This document shows, piece after piece, positions 50,263-64,000 of a stretch of 64,000 nt of DNA. A program made the translations under genes and the position numbers. Source of the DNA: Lama guanicoe (lineage: Eukaryota). Position 1 is the first letter of the stretch. Each line of letters begins with the position of its first letter. The notes below the pieces were generated by a model. It saw only the letters and a list, made by a program, of their open reading frames with translations. It did not search any database and was not told the origin of the DNA. The DNA is taken from contig MU056000.1 of NCBI GenBank assembly GCA_013239625.1, positions 13,913,787 through 13,977,786 of the forward strand. The letters run 5' to 3'.

Positions 50263-52009
50263 TTAGCAGGGAACTGCATTTATGCATACAGCTAGCTTCT
50301 AGTAAGTAGGGCTAAGATGATTACAACGGTAGAAATGCAAACAACATGGTATGTGGATGAACAGGCAAGACAAATAATATTGTGAGGTTTGGAGAAATTA
50401 GCATCAGTCTTAGACCTTGAAGGATACACAACATATTAAAAGTCAAGGATGTGACAGCAATAGTCTTTTTTTGAGAAATGTATAAAAACTAGATCAGAAT
50501 TTAGATAATTGAAGCTGTGCTCTCTTGTGTCATCAATATTTCATTTGCTACCTAACTAGAGATTAAAATCTATAAGCATATCTATGAGCTTTTTACTTGG
50601 GAGGGAATGTATCAAACAAGGAAAAATAATAACTTATAACTTGTAATTAGAAATAATACCATATTAGAATATCAATTAAAAAGAAAAATGATACATTTAA
50701 AAGTAAATTAATCTGTACTATACGTAAAAAAAGAAAAGAGATCACAGTTTTTTCAATAATATTAACTCTTCAAATAAAACTTTGAAAAATAAAACCCACA
50801 ATCAAGGCTTGGTATCATTAATACCTTCATATAAAAGCCTTATAAATTATTCACATACTCTTAGAAATAATATTGTTTTTAAGAGATTATTTTAAATACA
50901 ATTTGAAATTTATAGAAGAACTATCTATCAATTTGTTTTAATAAATATATTTAGACATTTAATGCTAATTGCAACCCACAGTCTCTAAAGAAATGTAAAG
51001 GTTTCCATTTCTTGTAAATACTGTGAAGTTTAAAAATATTGATCTAAAAGTTTTAGTTTTGTTGAATCATCTTTAAATGTCTTTTCCAACTGAAAAACAA
51101 AGTATCATTCATTTCAATGAAACATCTTCTCTATTTTCAAGAGAATTGTGCTTTGAAACAAGCTGAAAATCATTAACTATTCTTACTTGGGGAAGCTCCT
51201 GTTCCTGGGAGGAGGCAAGGAATAGCAATTTCCCCTGCAGGAGTTGGTCTTTTCTAATTCTTAACAGAAAGTTTGCAGTTTGCCCTCAGGGATTGTGTGC
51301 CTGCCAGCTGAGATTTTGAACAGGAGGGCCTCCTACTCTTATCCCTCGTATAAAACACCTCACCAGGGATTAATGATGCTGGAGGGAACTGAGGATGCTT
51401 TGTATCCAGAATTAGTCAGTCTGATCACTAGAGAATTTCCTTCATCAAAACTGAGGCTACTATTGCAAATATTTCCAAATTCATATAGGATTACTTTCCT
51501 GCATGAAAGTTATTTCTTTGCTATTGCTTTATTCAGTTTTCTTGTACTGAAATGCAGCATCTATGTTTGCATTTGTTTATACAGATATGATCATTTTTAT
51601 ATGCAGTTTAGGAACTTTAAAGATTATATATTCTTCCAGTCGAACAATGACAGCATATATATGTCATGTCAAACACATGAAAGTTTTGTGTTATCCCTCA
51701 TGTTTGTCAAGGAGGTAACTTACAGCAACATTGACTCGGGTAAACAGGTTAAAAGCTGTGTTTCTGGGAAAGTTTCATAATATGATTTAGTTTCCCAAAT
51801 TCTAAAAGGAGAATAAAATATTTATTTTCCAAGCTTTCAGTAATATTTACTCATATAAAGTATACAAGCTATCTGGAAACTGTTTGCAATACAGGAACCA
51901 CCCAGGGTGGTAATAATTAATATTTATATAATATATACATTATAATAATTATAAAGTTGCTATTAATAAACAGTACAAAATATAAGTAAATTTGTTGTAT
52001 TCAGTAAAA

Positions 52010-52450
52010 TATTAGCAAACTATATAGAACACTATATAAAAAGAATCATCATGACCAAATGGAGTTTTAACTGGGAATACAAGGATAGCACAACATTTGA
52101 AAATTAACCAGTGTGAATCATGATTGATAGAATCATCTATATACTGAAAGACTAAACAAAGAAAATCAATACAGTCCTCTCCATAGATGGAGAAATAGCA
52201 TTTGATCAAATTCAATGTCAGTTAATAATCAAAAAATGAGCAAAATGTGAATAGAATGAAATTATGAGGTCATAAACCTATAGCTAAAGACTAAAACTAC
52301 AAAACTTTAATAGAATTCAAGGAAGAAAGTCTTTTTTAACTTTGGTTAGGAAAAATGTCTTAGATGTAATACCAGAATTATAATTCATATGAGAAAAAAT
52401 AGTAAAATGTGCATCAAAATTTAAAATGTCCACCCTTTGAAAACAGTTTT
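52010..52450 (+). mobile_element. Old L1 ORF2 fragments
   Basis: 'catcatgaccaaatggagttttaactgggaatacaaggatag' (HHDQVGFIPGMQGWF-like) and 'atagatggagaaatagcatttgatcaaattcaa' (DAEKAFDKIQ-like). Confidence 0.7.
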
Positions 52451-52859
52451 GTCCCTAGCTTGTAATGGGACATTAAATAGAAAATGAGGGATTTTTTTTT
52501 AAAGAGGAAAAAAATATGATATTTTATGATTCTGTTACTTTACCACTTATTAATTAAAGTTTAAAAATATTTTCTTAATTATTTTAAATGCTATAATGAA
52601 AAAATTTAAACTATTTATTTAACTATATTGAGCAGTCATAATATTTTAAATGTTTATTAGGAATTCACACATTTGAGATATATATATAGCCCCTAAGTAT
52701 TTTCTCTAGGTGGGAATACATTAATTTAATTCCTCTTTGGATAATTTTTCTTGAAATAAATTAAACATGCATATATTAAACATATTTGGATTAGAGGAGG
52801 AAGGAATGGGTCAGAGGCTGAAAAGGGAGAGTGTTTTGAAATTTCGGACTTGGGAAAAT

Positions 52860-53460
52860 AACTGGTTTTCTAAGATGGTCAACATGGCCTTTGCTCCTGA
52901 GTGTTATTCTTGTGATTGCTTTATTTACACTGTAAAGAGCTTTGCAGGTGAAACTAAGGTTACCAAGCATTTGACCTTCTGATAGGAAGACTATCCAGGT
53001 GGGCCTCACTTAATCGCCCCATCCCTTTAAAAGCAGAGAGAGTTTTCTCTAACTGATAGCTGGAGCCAAACAGAATTTTGAAGTCAAGAAAGCCTTGACA
53101 AAAGAGAGGTATTGTGTTGCTGGATTTGATGAGTGAGGGGGCATTTTCAAATAGAAGGACCTGAGAGCAGCCTCTTAGAGATGAGTATGACCCGCCCCGA
53201 CAGCAGCAAGAAAACAGGGACCTCAGTCCTGCAACTGCCTGGAACCAGGTTCTGCCAACAACGTGAAAGAGCTCCCCTGCAGAGGCCCTGAGCCCCGGAT
53301 AAAAATAAAGACCAAGTCAACTGACACCTGGATTTCATCCGACAACCCAGGGTAGCCCACCTCGAATCCTGAGCTGCAGATCTGTGAGATAACACACTGT
53401 TACTGTTTCAGGCCTCTTCTGGTGTGGCAATTTGTTAAACAGTCAAAGAAAACTAATACT
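52860..53460 (+). mobile_element. MLT1D/E-type MaLR LTR
   Basis: 'tttgcaggtgaaactaaggttacc...tatccaggtgggcctcacttaatc' and 3' end 'gtggcaatttgttaaacagtcaaagaaaactaatac'. Confidence 0.8.
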
Positions 53461-56400
53461 AATAGAATAATGGTGAAAAGGAAGAGGGGGATTGAGGATG
53501 CAAACCTCACTTCCTGTGGGAGGACAAAAAAATTTAAACAAAAAGCACAAACAAAACAGTAGGAATTGTGCCAAGCATATTGACTATATAATTATCCTTT
53601 AGGCCTTGAAAGAAAAGTTACTATTATATTTGCATATCTATTTAATTTGAACATTATTTTCTAATCTTCTAAATTTCCTTTTACTTTTTAGTTTTCAATT
53701 ATGTCCACCAAACACATTATATACCAGTTACTTTAAGATCGTAAAAGAACTGAGGTTCTTGAACAAATTCTAATTATTAAGGTACTTTTGTAAAAAAGAC
53801 AAAGTATGAATGATAGCTTATAGCATCCCTTAGTCTACTTGGAAATCAAAAAAGAAATAAAATCTGTTACATTTATAAAAGGTAGTTGGTAGACTGAAGG
53901 ATAATTCTTTTAAAACGAAATAATATGTAAGGTTCTTCTATTTTTTAGTTATTTTCCTTTCAACAAAACTGGTGAGAAAATAAACTTTAAAAAGTTAATT
54001 AGTAAATGCAAATGCAAATGCAAATGTTGGTAGTTACATTTTTAGAAAGACATGTAAAATAAGATAAAAATACACAGAATGACCCATAGGATGGGGTTGG
54101 GAAGAAAAGAATGTTACCAAAAGTAATGCCATATTTTGGAGATGAGAAGGATTCTACAAGGAGAAAGAAGACCTTTCTAAGAGCTTGACTCACATGCACT
54201 CAAGCTCAGATGGGCAATGAGTAATGAACTGACCCTCTGCTTTCCTCCCTTGTGTTTAGGGGTCACCTAATGCTTGACACTGTCCACCCCACCAACCTTT
54301 TAGAAGCTGGGTCTAGACTGCAGATTTGTAGCAAGCCAAGCCCAAAGGGCATGATACAAGTCAGCTTTTTCATTTATATTTCACCTTGGGAGAACAAAAT
54401 AATTCATATTAAACATGTCTCAGTTCAAATTCAAATTCACGTGCACTGAGATTCCTATGCCCAGTGGATAACTGAAAATATATGAGAGGTAATAAAAAGT
54501 AGTCACCACTTTGGCTTACTTTTTTCACTGATTTATTTTGTATTTTTGTGTGTGTGTGTATACCATCTTACAGATGTTTCTCATACAAGGGAGCATGTTG
54601 TAAAAATTGGTCATACTTCACATGAAAATATATCTAAGCATTTACCCAGAATATTCAAGATGCCATTGAGACTTTACAATTCATCTTGATATGCTGGCAT
54701 TTATTTCAAGCTAGCATATGCTACCCATTTGAACAGTGGTGTGATGAAATGCCACACAGATATTCTGAGGAAAAAAAGAACAACAAATGGGTCATCTAGT
54801 CTCCCAGTGTGCTGTTTCTTACTGTGCGTAATGGAGGTAAATATCACCATACAAGAGTTCTTGCTGTGACTTTATGCTTCAATGTCATAGATATGTAGTT
54901 TATCACCTGAAACCTACATAATTGCACAGCTTGTATTATCTCCATGCTTTAGTCTGAGAAGCTTGGGGTCCCACATCCTGTCTAATAAAATACTTAAAAT
55001 GCCTTTTCTAATAACTATCCGTTCCACCTTTCCTGTATAATTCATAACAGTGTGATGAGCAGTAAATGGCGTACTATTGTATCTGTCCTATTTTTCCCTA
55101 TTTGTGCATTTATAAAGAGCTTTTGTTTTACTCATGACATGTATAGTGTGGGAAATTAAAGCAAAATGTGCAGGAAAAAAGATATAGCTGTATTGAAAAT
55201 TATAGCATATTGCATCCATGCGTTCATTTCCTTAAAAAATAAAATACTATGTATGTGAGAATAATAAGTAGGTAGATTTATCTAGATGGTATAATTTTAG
55301 AAACAATGCAAAATGAACAAAGAGGACTTGAGGAAATTGGTACAAAAATTAGCAGCATGAATGTATCTACTTTAATTCCCTATTTTGTTGTAACATTGAT
55401 GAGAAAAGGTCACCTAAAACTCTGGAAATTATTCTAAAGCTGGAAATTACACTAAAGTACTCATCTAACAGCTTTGTGGGTTTTTTTCTTGCAGATATTT
55501 ACATATTACAATAATGCAACTGTGCATTAAAACTAACAAAATTAATGCTTTCAAAAACATTTCCTTTTATATCGCTAATGGCCATTTGGGCATTTTTGGG
55601 TTCTTTGAAATAATGACAGAATTTAATCAGAGGAAATTGCCTTAGTGAGGAAATAAAATGGTTCTATCTTCCTGCAAAATTATAATGTACAATTTTACTT
55701 TTGCAATATTTCACAATATACAAAACATGTATTGGTTATATCTGATATTTACAAATAAATATGAACTTGATCATTCTCTGTACCTTAAAGTTTTATAAGA
55801 ATGATAGTCCTTTTAAGTATATAGACATTGATTGAAAGAGTTAATTTGATTTTGAGTCCTACACCTAAATCTTAAATTCTTAGCCTGCTAGAGTGACCTT
55901 GGGAGCAAGTTTAATCTAAGACTCTTTGAAGCCAAAATTTTTCCAGTGGATTTGGGAGAAAACCAAGCTTGACTGATAATCTCTAAAGGAAAGAAAATAA
56001 CATAATTTTTAATGAGTGATGTTTGATGAGTAAGAAAATGGAAGCGACCACCTCCCTCTGGACTGCTTCACCATGTTACATACTAAAGGCATTGATAAGT
56101 CTTGTACTGTGTAAACCTATTTAACATTCTTTAACTCTAATTCTCAATTTATCTGACCAGTGAACGTTTTTTCATTTTATTCATTTTCAATAAGTGTATT
56201 AATATTTCATGTGAAATGTTTTGAGGATTGAAATTCTATGTCACAGGATGAAATTCTTTCTCAGGAAGTTTTTCTTTAGCCTTGAATAAGAGGAACTTTA
56301 AAAATTGGAAAAAAAATTATTAAATACATCAGTATCTTAACTTTTGCATATAGTTCATGGATTTGGTGAGAAAAAAACATTTAGAATTTATAAATATTTA

Positions 56401-57090
56401 TAATTAATATATTAACAAGTTTATTTCCTAAAATCGATTCTACAAAATGAATGCCAAACATGACAGGTGTCTACACAACACAGTGGAATAAATTATTGAA
56501 GTAACAGTGTGCAAGAATTTTGAAGAAATGAATTTATTTCTCTGAAGTAACTTGCATTAAGCAATAAGTCGTGACATATTAATCTAACTACAGTATATTG
56601 TGGAACCTTCACAAAAGGTAGTGACTTTGATTATAATGCTGTATTTGCCATGATCACTCTACTAGCCCTTTAAATTAGTAAAGAAATTTGTTCCAGAGGA
56701 AATAATATTTAGGGACACTCAAAATATCCTAAATTTCTCTCTCAAGATCCAATTTTCTATGGGAAAATTAGTGTGAAACTCAAGATAAATGTGTAACAGC
56801 ATTTAAAACGGCTTTAGAGGATTCATCAGTCCTGTAAAGTTATTACTGTATTTGTGATTAATATGTTGACATAGGTGAAAGCTGGTCGAATGTGTATACT
56901 GTGCAAAACTGAGAGAAACTCCAGGTTCAATAAATCAAAATCCAACATAGGTAGAAAAACTGACTATATCTGAAAGGATGAAAAACTTTAAAAATAACCC
57001 CAAGTTACATATAAAGATACTTTGAATTTTATTTAAATATATGTTGACAGTGAGTCTCTTTTATGATGTCCATCAAAAATAGTGATGCCA

Positions 57091-57176
57091 ATTGTAAAGC
57101 TAATGGACCCTTCCCAGTACAATGTTTTTAATATAATAAAATCACATTAAACTATATTTAAGTTTAATTTCTAAAA
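57091..57176 (+). pseudogene. Tiny retroposed non-L1 transcript 3' end with 16-bp TSD
   Basis: TSD aaaaatagtgatgcca at 57075-57090 and 57177-57192. ATTAAA at 57146-57151, with the A-run starting at 57173. Confidence 0.7.
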
Positions 57177-57214
57177 AAAAATAGTGATGCCATCATAGAT
57201 TGCTCTGAAATAAG

Positions 57215-57400
57215 CTAGCATTTATTGAACATATCCTGTGTATGAGACACAATGCTAAACTCTTCACTGCATTAAACCAGTCAATTCTCAAAAGAAACCT
57301 GAGGCTGGTACCATTACATCCATTTTTAGAGCTCTGGAAACTAAGGCATGAAGAATTTCTGAAATTGTCCTTGAGGGCAAGGATCATATTTTTTTCTGTA
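57215..57400 (-). mobile_element. MIR SINE
   Basis: 'ctagcatttattgaac...cccatttttagagctctggaaactaaggc...aattgtccttgagg'. Confidence 0.7.
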
Positions 57401-59637
57401 TATCCACATGTAAAAGAATGAATGACATAGAGTTGGGTATTCATAAATATATTTGAAAGAGTGAATGGCTTGACATGAGCATGAAGACTTCCACAGGGTA
57501 GACAACAATCATGGTAATAATTGGGAGAATGTTTCTGTAAGAGAATTCTCAACATATTTATAAAGATGAATGTTAAAAAAGAAAAAGAAAACCTTAGAAC
57601 CATACTAGTGTGTATCAGGAATATTGTAGAAAGAATCTACATGAAATTCTACTATTATCATCAGTATTTACTATTAATGTGTTATGCAGCATGAAATAAT
57701 ACATTATAAAATTATATAAACTATCTCAAAATAAGTAAAAGCAATTTTAGACTCCTGTAATTGTTAGATACATTTTTGTTTTCTGGAGTAAAAACTTTTC
57801 TACATAAGTAATACAGTGGGGAATGAATTGTCAAATAACCAAAATATATTTATATTTTATTGCCTAAAAAGACTTAAGTTTAAAACTATTGATTAATATT
57901 CATATAGTTGCTATGTGCCCAATGTTATTCTTTGTAGGATGGAAGACTAAAAGACATCTGATAATTTAATAACTGCTTCTTATCAGCAACTTTCAATTAT
58001 GCTAGTTAGGCAATAGCAGAATACAAGAATAGAATTCTGTGCTATTGATTACATCATTATAGGTTTTCATTTAAAAATGCAAATTGTTGATCTTCATATG
58101 TTTGAAGCTCAAGAAATATGTAAGTTATGAATGGAAAGGGAGAATGGATCAGGACATTAACGTGAAAATGGGTACTCTTCCAAAAATAGAAATCATTTGC
58201 ACATGGAAATGCAGTATTGGATTAGGGAACAGTGAGGGAGTTAACCTAAGAAAGAAATTTGATTATGTAATTCAGAGAATTATTATTATGGTGGTGAGCA
58301 CTTGAGAAATGTCTGGATAATATAGAACTTCAGATTTTAAATAATTAGCGATAGAGTATTATTACAGAATATGTGATACAAAGAGCAGTGATTTAGTAGG
58401 AAAAATATTGTACTGTTCTACACAATGGATTGAGAGAAAGGAATCTAAATTCAAGTTGAACTTAATTACACTAGTAAGAAAAGCTAAGGAAAATGTAATA
58501 ATGTCCTTTAACAGAATTAAAACAAAGATTATCCATCACAGATTTTACATGAAAAGGGATGTTAAGTTTTGATGACCCATCCTAAATGATGAATGGAAGG
58601 AATAATCAAATATATATTCCAATGTCGGCTCTGGGAAAATAGATGATAGACTATGACACCAGCCAATGAAAAACACGTGACTAAAAAGTTATTTCAGGAA
58701 GTAATATGGCTGTTGTTTTTAACATGTTGAGTTTGTGGCACCAGTGAAAAATTTTAAAAAGTTGTTTTGTAAGCAGATAGAAATAGCTATAGGTTAATTT
58801 CCCAAAAATATTTTGATTTCAATCAGTCTCCCAAAAGCAAAATGTTTTTTGGCAAATTGTTCTGCATCCAAAGACACCTAGAATATTTCAATGTCACAAA
58901 ACCTGTAATAGGAGTGGAGGAAGACAAACAAGAAGTAAGGGCACACAACTGGGAAAGATTGAGGACATTAACAGTTTATAATGGTCATTATATTTAATGA
59001 AAGAATTATTTGTGCCCTTGTCTAAGTTCATGTGTCTAAGTTTGTGTTGGGAGATAGGGGAAGATATGCGAAATGAAGAAAAAATATATCAAATAAAAAT
59101 TAATTCAGTCTCAAGTAAATCTTTAAGTTTAAAGTTATAATATGAATTGGCACACAAGTATATTTTTTAATGTTTAAACTGTCAATTTTAATAAAGTTTT
59201 GAATTAAATCCCAATTCCTTAATCTGTTGCATTTGTATAAAATATGTTTTTATTTTTAAGTTAGCAATTAGTTTTTCTGAGAAGATAATTTTGTCCCCCA
59301 AAACTAAATTGACAATGATGGAAACAAAGAAATACTATGATACACGGGTCAAGTGATAAGTGTAGAATTAACAAGAATGTGTATTTATGATGAGTCAAAG
59401 CATTTCATATTTTGTCTGTACAGAATAGATCAAACCATTGCTTTCTATATAAAATAACAATTTGATGAATTAAACATTTACTATTTTATCATCAATAGTA
59501 TATATTTAATATTCAATCAGTTAATTATTATAACACATTATGTATTGTTCTTATCCTAAAGCCATAAGAGCATCTTTCAGGATTTCAAAGTCTAATATTT
59601 TTCGTGAGACTTATATCCATAATACGTACTGATTAGA

Positions 59638-59695
59638 TGTGTGTGTATATATATATATACACATACATACATATATATATACACATACATATGTG
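59638..59695. repeat. (TG/TA/CATA)n compound microsatellite
   Basis: Direct reading. Confidence 0.85.
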
Positions 59696-61469
59696 CATAG
59701 TTTGCTAATCCTGAGTGATACAAAAATAGGAGTAATATTCAAAGTAATTTAACAGACTATTTAAATATTATTATTTATTACAGATAATGTATATAGTATA
59801 TTTACCAATTTAAACAAAAGATAAATGTATACATGTACTTATATTATTTTATCAAAGGGTCCAAATGTATTTTTACTCAAATACCTTGTTTTACAAAGTT
59901 TTATATATTTGAATGTCCTCACATTGATGAATTATTTTAATCTTTAACCTAAAAATCCAATTGATAATTGTCCTTACCTCAATGTGGTTGATATACCAAA
60001 AAAATGCCATTTACAATAAGAATTTACTTACAATGCTAGAACACCAGTTTAGTTGTATTTTTTACTCCCTAATTAGCCATGTGACATTCACAATAGTGAA
60101 AAGTGTTTCAAAATATTTTGGGGTATTTAGTTTTACCAGTAATAATAAAGGTAATCAAACATGAAATACTCTTTCATTTCCTCCAAAACTGTAGTTGATC
60201 TATTGATTACTTTGATATAATGACAGGGACATTGTCAATGCAAAAATATAAATTTGAATGGACAAATTATCTGAAATGACTACCTTGGTAGTTACAAATT
60301 AAAAACCTTTATATGCAATGACATTTTATTTTTCCTGTGCATTTTGAAAGAGACAACACTAGGATACTCTCTGTGAGTCTGGGAGTATGTGGTCTTTGCA
60401 CGCATCGAAGAAAGCATTTGAATGTATATTGTTACAACATTTTCACTCAGACTTTTAAACTGACATAAAGACCTCATTAATATTCTATTAGTTTCTATGA
60501 TTCTCATTAGCTTTGAAAAGACATATAAGACGATAATGACCTTCCACTTATTTTAAATATTTCTCTATTCTTCTAGGGCACGAGACCACTATCATAAAAG
60601 ACCTGTTATAATAATTTAAAATGTAAATGCTAGCCATTTAATTAATAAGAGATAAGTGTCTATCAAGAGTTCTGCAGAGAATTACTGTCACTATCATATA
60701 AAATAATAAAAGACTTATCAGATTAGCTCAGTTTTGAATGAAATAAATGAAAGTCAAAGAGCACAGTGTGGTTTAGAAGATGTATGAATGAAAGATTTTT
60801 AAAAATAATTGAACATAGTCTTGTAATGAATGATGTTTCTTAATTGTCAAAAACAAGAAACGGAGGTCACTACAAGGTCAACTATCATTATGCTCCCTGA
60901 GTGGATGACATCTCAGCCCTGAAACAGTCATACCAGGACAAACATCTGTTTCCTTGTGCTAATACTGCATCTATATAAATTTCAGTAATCTAAATGGTTT
61001 AAAACTGGTCTATTTTGCTGTATTAAACCATAATTGTTTGTGAGGCTATATTTAAACTAGGAATAAAATAATATACCCCAAATTGAGATACTAAATGATT
61101 TGATTCCTAGTTTTTCATAACACCTTGAGTGTAACATACTGTGTTTATATAGACAGTCATAGAGTAAAATAAATTTTTAGAACAGAATATTAGATCAAGC
61201 TTGGTTTGTGCAATCTTTATAATGATCACTCTGCCTGAGAAAATGAGAGGAAAATATGTATTACTGGAAAATTCAACATATCTCAATAATGTATGTGTAT
61301 ATGTATGTATGCATATATATATATCTCCATATATAGGTATGTAAGTATATCCATATATGTCTGTCTGTCTGTCTATCTATCTACCTGTGGAGGGAAAGAA
61401 ATAGATCAGAGTAATGAGGTTACAGAATAACAAAAAGGTCAAGGGAAAAACCAGAAACGATTTCACCTG

Positions 61470-62800
61470 TGTATTCAGTATTCAGCAAATATTTACTGAG
61501 CGCCTACTTTATGCCAGGTACAAGTATGGCAAACAGAATAGTTAACACCAACAACCTAAAACAAAGCAAAACAAAACAATTTCTATCTTCTGGATCTTAG
61601 TGTCTTGGTATACGTGAAGATCTTGGTGAGGCTTGAGAATTTGCTTAGCTAACAGGTTCTCAGGCAACATTGACTCTTCTGGTCCAGTATTTTGTGACGT
61701 ACTGAAAGGGGAAGCTGAGCACAAGGAGAAGCTACATTTGGAAGGAGATCTGAAAAATGAGTGGGAGTAGGGGAAATAGGGAAGTGGGGAAGGGGGTAGA
61801 TTCCCCTACTGGTCTGGAGAATAATAGTCACAGAGAGAATTCTACACAAAAGATTAGCAGGGAAGGACCAAGAGAAGCTTATATTGGTAAACTCTATAAA
61901 GATGATGCCTTTTATTAACAATTGCTAAAGTTTTTTTTTCAGATAAAATATGGAAATGATTTAATGGATTAAGGTAAAGTAATGGTGCAAATTAGTTATG
62001 CTTTCAATATAGGACTTTTAAGTAATAGCAAATTCTGCCAGTGAGAAGAAATTACATGAAATAACCAGTCTATCTGCATAGATTGTAAGGAATATAAACA
62101 TTTATTACTAGAGAGGGCAAAGAAGGAAAGCAGAAAGTGTGTGTTATGCACTGAAGGATGGTTAGATGTGTGGCTAAAGACTGAATCAAATATCTGAACA
62201 TAAAGGGGCTTCTGTGACACTTTTACTTCTAAAAATTGGGAAATACTGAAGAATTTTAAGTACGTTAATAACATGGTAAGATATACCTTAAACAGCTCAT
62301 TCTCACTTTGCACGGATGTGAAGAAGTCTTTGATGAGGCTGGAAATAATAATTTTACAAAAAGTTTCAAGATATTCATCTACCTTTCAAAACCCACTCCA
62401 GGATTTCTGCTCCACAGGGATGAGAGAATCCAGGGAACCCAACACAGGAGACAGCAGATCAGCTGGGTGACTTTGCTATACTTTTGAGGAAAATGACAAA
62501 TGATAATCTATTATTAATGGGAATGAAGAAGAGCTGAGAGAATCAAAATGTACTATAGAGAATTTGTCAAACTTCCACGAAGATAGATTAAGTCTAAGGA
62601 GGTGAAATAAAAGGACAATTCTAGAAAGATGTCTAGGTTACTATCTGGCTCAGCCAAATGAGTAAGTGTTGAGAAAAGAAAAGAAGTGGACACTCTTGAG
62701 TGCATATATCATAGCTTGTAGCACTGGTGTGTATCAAGCAGAAACACCCAGTAAGCACTTAGACACACACACACCAGTTTGAAATTTATTAGAGATTTAT
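61470..62800 (-). mobile_element. L2 remnant (fragmented)
   Basis: 'tattcagcaaatatttactgagcgcctactttatgccagg' is a classic antisense L2 3' end. Further L2-like sequence runs to ~62800. Confidence 0.55.
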
Positions 62801-63934
62801 GGGCAAGGGTTAAGGTTTTGCTCAAAAAAAAGTAGAGTAGATTATGTTATTCAAGTAATTTATCAATTTAAGAAGCCGGTAAAGTTCAGGGACTGAGCAG
62901 TTAGGTCAAAGAGAAAACTGACGAGCATTAATGTGCTCTCAGGTTGCAAGTTTCTGTGCTTCTTACATCAAATCTAAGATTCGGTGAATAGAACAAGCTC
63001 TTTCAGTTACAATGGAAAATAATTAAGAAAATTTAACACTAGAAGTTGTAATGGGTAAAAGCATTGCTTTCAAAATATTTCAAGTGAATACACCATTGAC
63101 AATACCCTTGTTTATTTACTCAACAGATCCTTTTTAACTTCCTAATGTTTCATTCGAGTTAGAATTAGAAGAGTCTAAAGTTGACACTAAGTCAGCCGTG
63201 CTTTCGCATTTCTCTCCCCTGGTGTCCCATTCAGACTTATAAATGTGGGAGAAGTTTGCCTGATGAAAATTGCTGAGTCTTATGTTCTTAGTGCTAGGTT
63301 ACATAATTTTGAGACAGAAACTTGTCAAATAGGATTTCATCAAAGAAATCAATTGAAACTTAATTGATTCAATTTCTAGGTTTGTCTTGATTTATGATAG
63401 AAAATTATAGGATGAATAAACTAGATTACAAAAACAGACAACAAACATAAACCGTGGAAGACTAAAGGTGGAAGAATCGTGAATGCAAAGGAAAAACCTA
63501 ATTCTGAAGCCTAAGTGCGTGTAAATGGAACAAGATAAGCATCTGTGTGTCTTAATGCAGAAGGCAGGCAAAGAGCATGACTTGAGTAGGCCGTAATACA
63601 CAATGCACGATGAGTTCTTTGTATCACAAGATAGTCGTTACCAGTGATGGAGAAAGGAGTGCTGGCATGTAGGAACAAATCTTGGATCTTTTGCAATAAA
63701 CATGTGCAGATTATTAACTATGCATAGTGTACACCTAGCTTTCCTCCTCCCCAAATCCAAACGATTTGTTGTTTGGGGAAAGACTGAGAAGCATAGGCTA
63801 ATTAAGACCTCAGTGGTTGGAGCCATTCTACAGCTGCCCTGAGATACATGAACAACCCTCAAGCTGATAGATCAGCCAACATCACCTAGTGGTAAACGGC
63901 CGACCTGCAGCGTCTGAACCGCATATCCACTACA

Positions 63935-64000
63935 GACTACCCATGTGACCTCGGGAGAATGTTTTCACTTTACTGTGTTCCAGTTTGCCCATCTATAAAA
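63935..64000 (+). mobile_element. MIR core (runs off window)
   Basis: 'tgtgacctcgggag..tcactttactgtgttccagtttgcccatctataaaa'. Confidence 0.65.

Noticed and set aside
51280..51780. Longest ORF (166 aa)
   Set aside because: TTG start, AT-biased composition and no recognisable motif; consistent with chance.
57193..57603. 136-aa minus-strand ORF
   Set aside because: It overlaps a MIR and shows no domain features.
1..64000. CRISPR array, operon, tRNA gene or other novel multi-gene system
   Set aside because: No regularly spaced repeat-spacer array and no gene-dense block. The only tRNA-like sequence is a truncated SINE. The content is explained by a cadherin intron plus mammalian TEs.

Overview
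AT-rich, CpG-depleted mammalian genomic DNA. It is most likely camelid: there is a tRNA-Ala-like Vic-1-type SINE and cetartiodactyl-type L1 3' ends, and I saw no Alu, Bov-A/tA or PRE-1. The whole window appears to lie inside a type II classical cadherin gene on the minus strand, which I recognise as CDH18. Only one clear coding exon is present (14234-14401, 168 nt, phase 1/1). It is flanked by more than 49 kb of upstream intron and more than 14 kb of downstream intron filled with L1, L2, MIR, LTR/MaLR and Tigger/hAT elements. The other listed ORFs are L1 ORF2 remnants or chance ORFs. I found no convincing new multi-gene system. The best leads are: a candidate frame-preserving 87/72-nt cassette exon about 5.3 kb upstream of the CDH18 exon; an ~86-bp non-L1 retroposed insert with a perfect 16-bp TSD; a miniature twin-primed L1; a perfect 22-bp inverted repeat; a ~160-bp tandem duplication; and several motif clusters that may be enhancers or CTCF sites. 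Repeat subfamily names are from recall of consensus sequences, and boundaries are approximate unless TSDs or TIRs are quoted.
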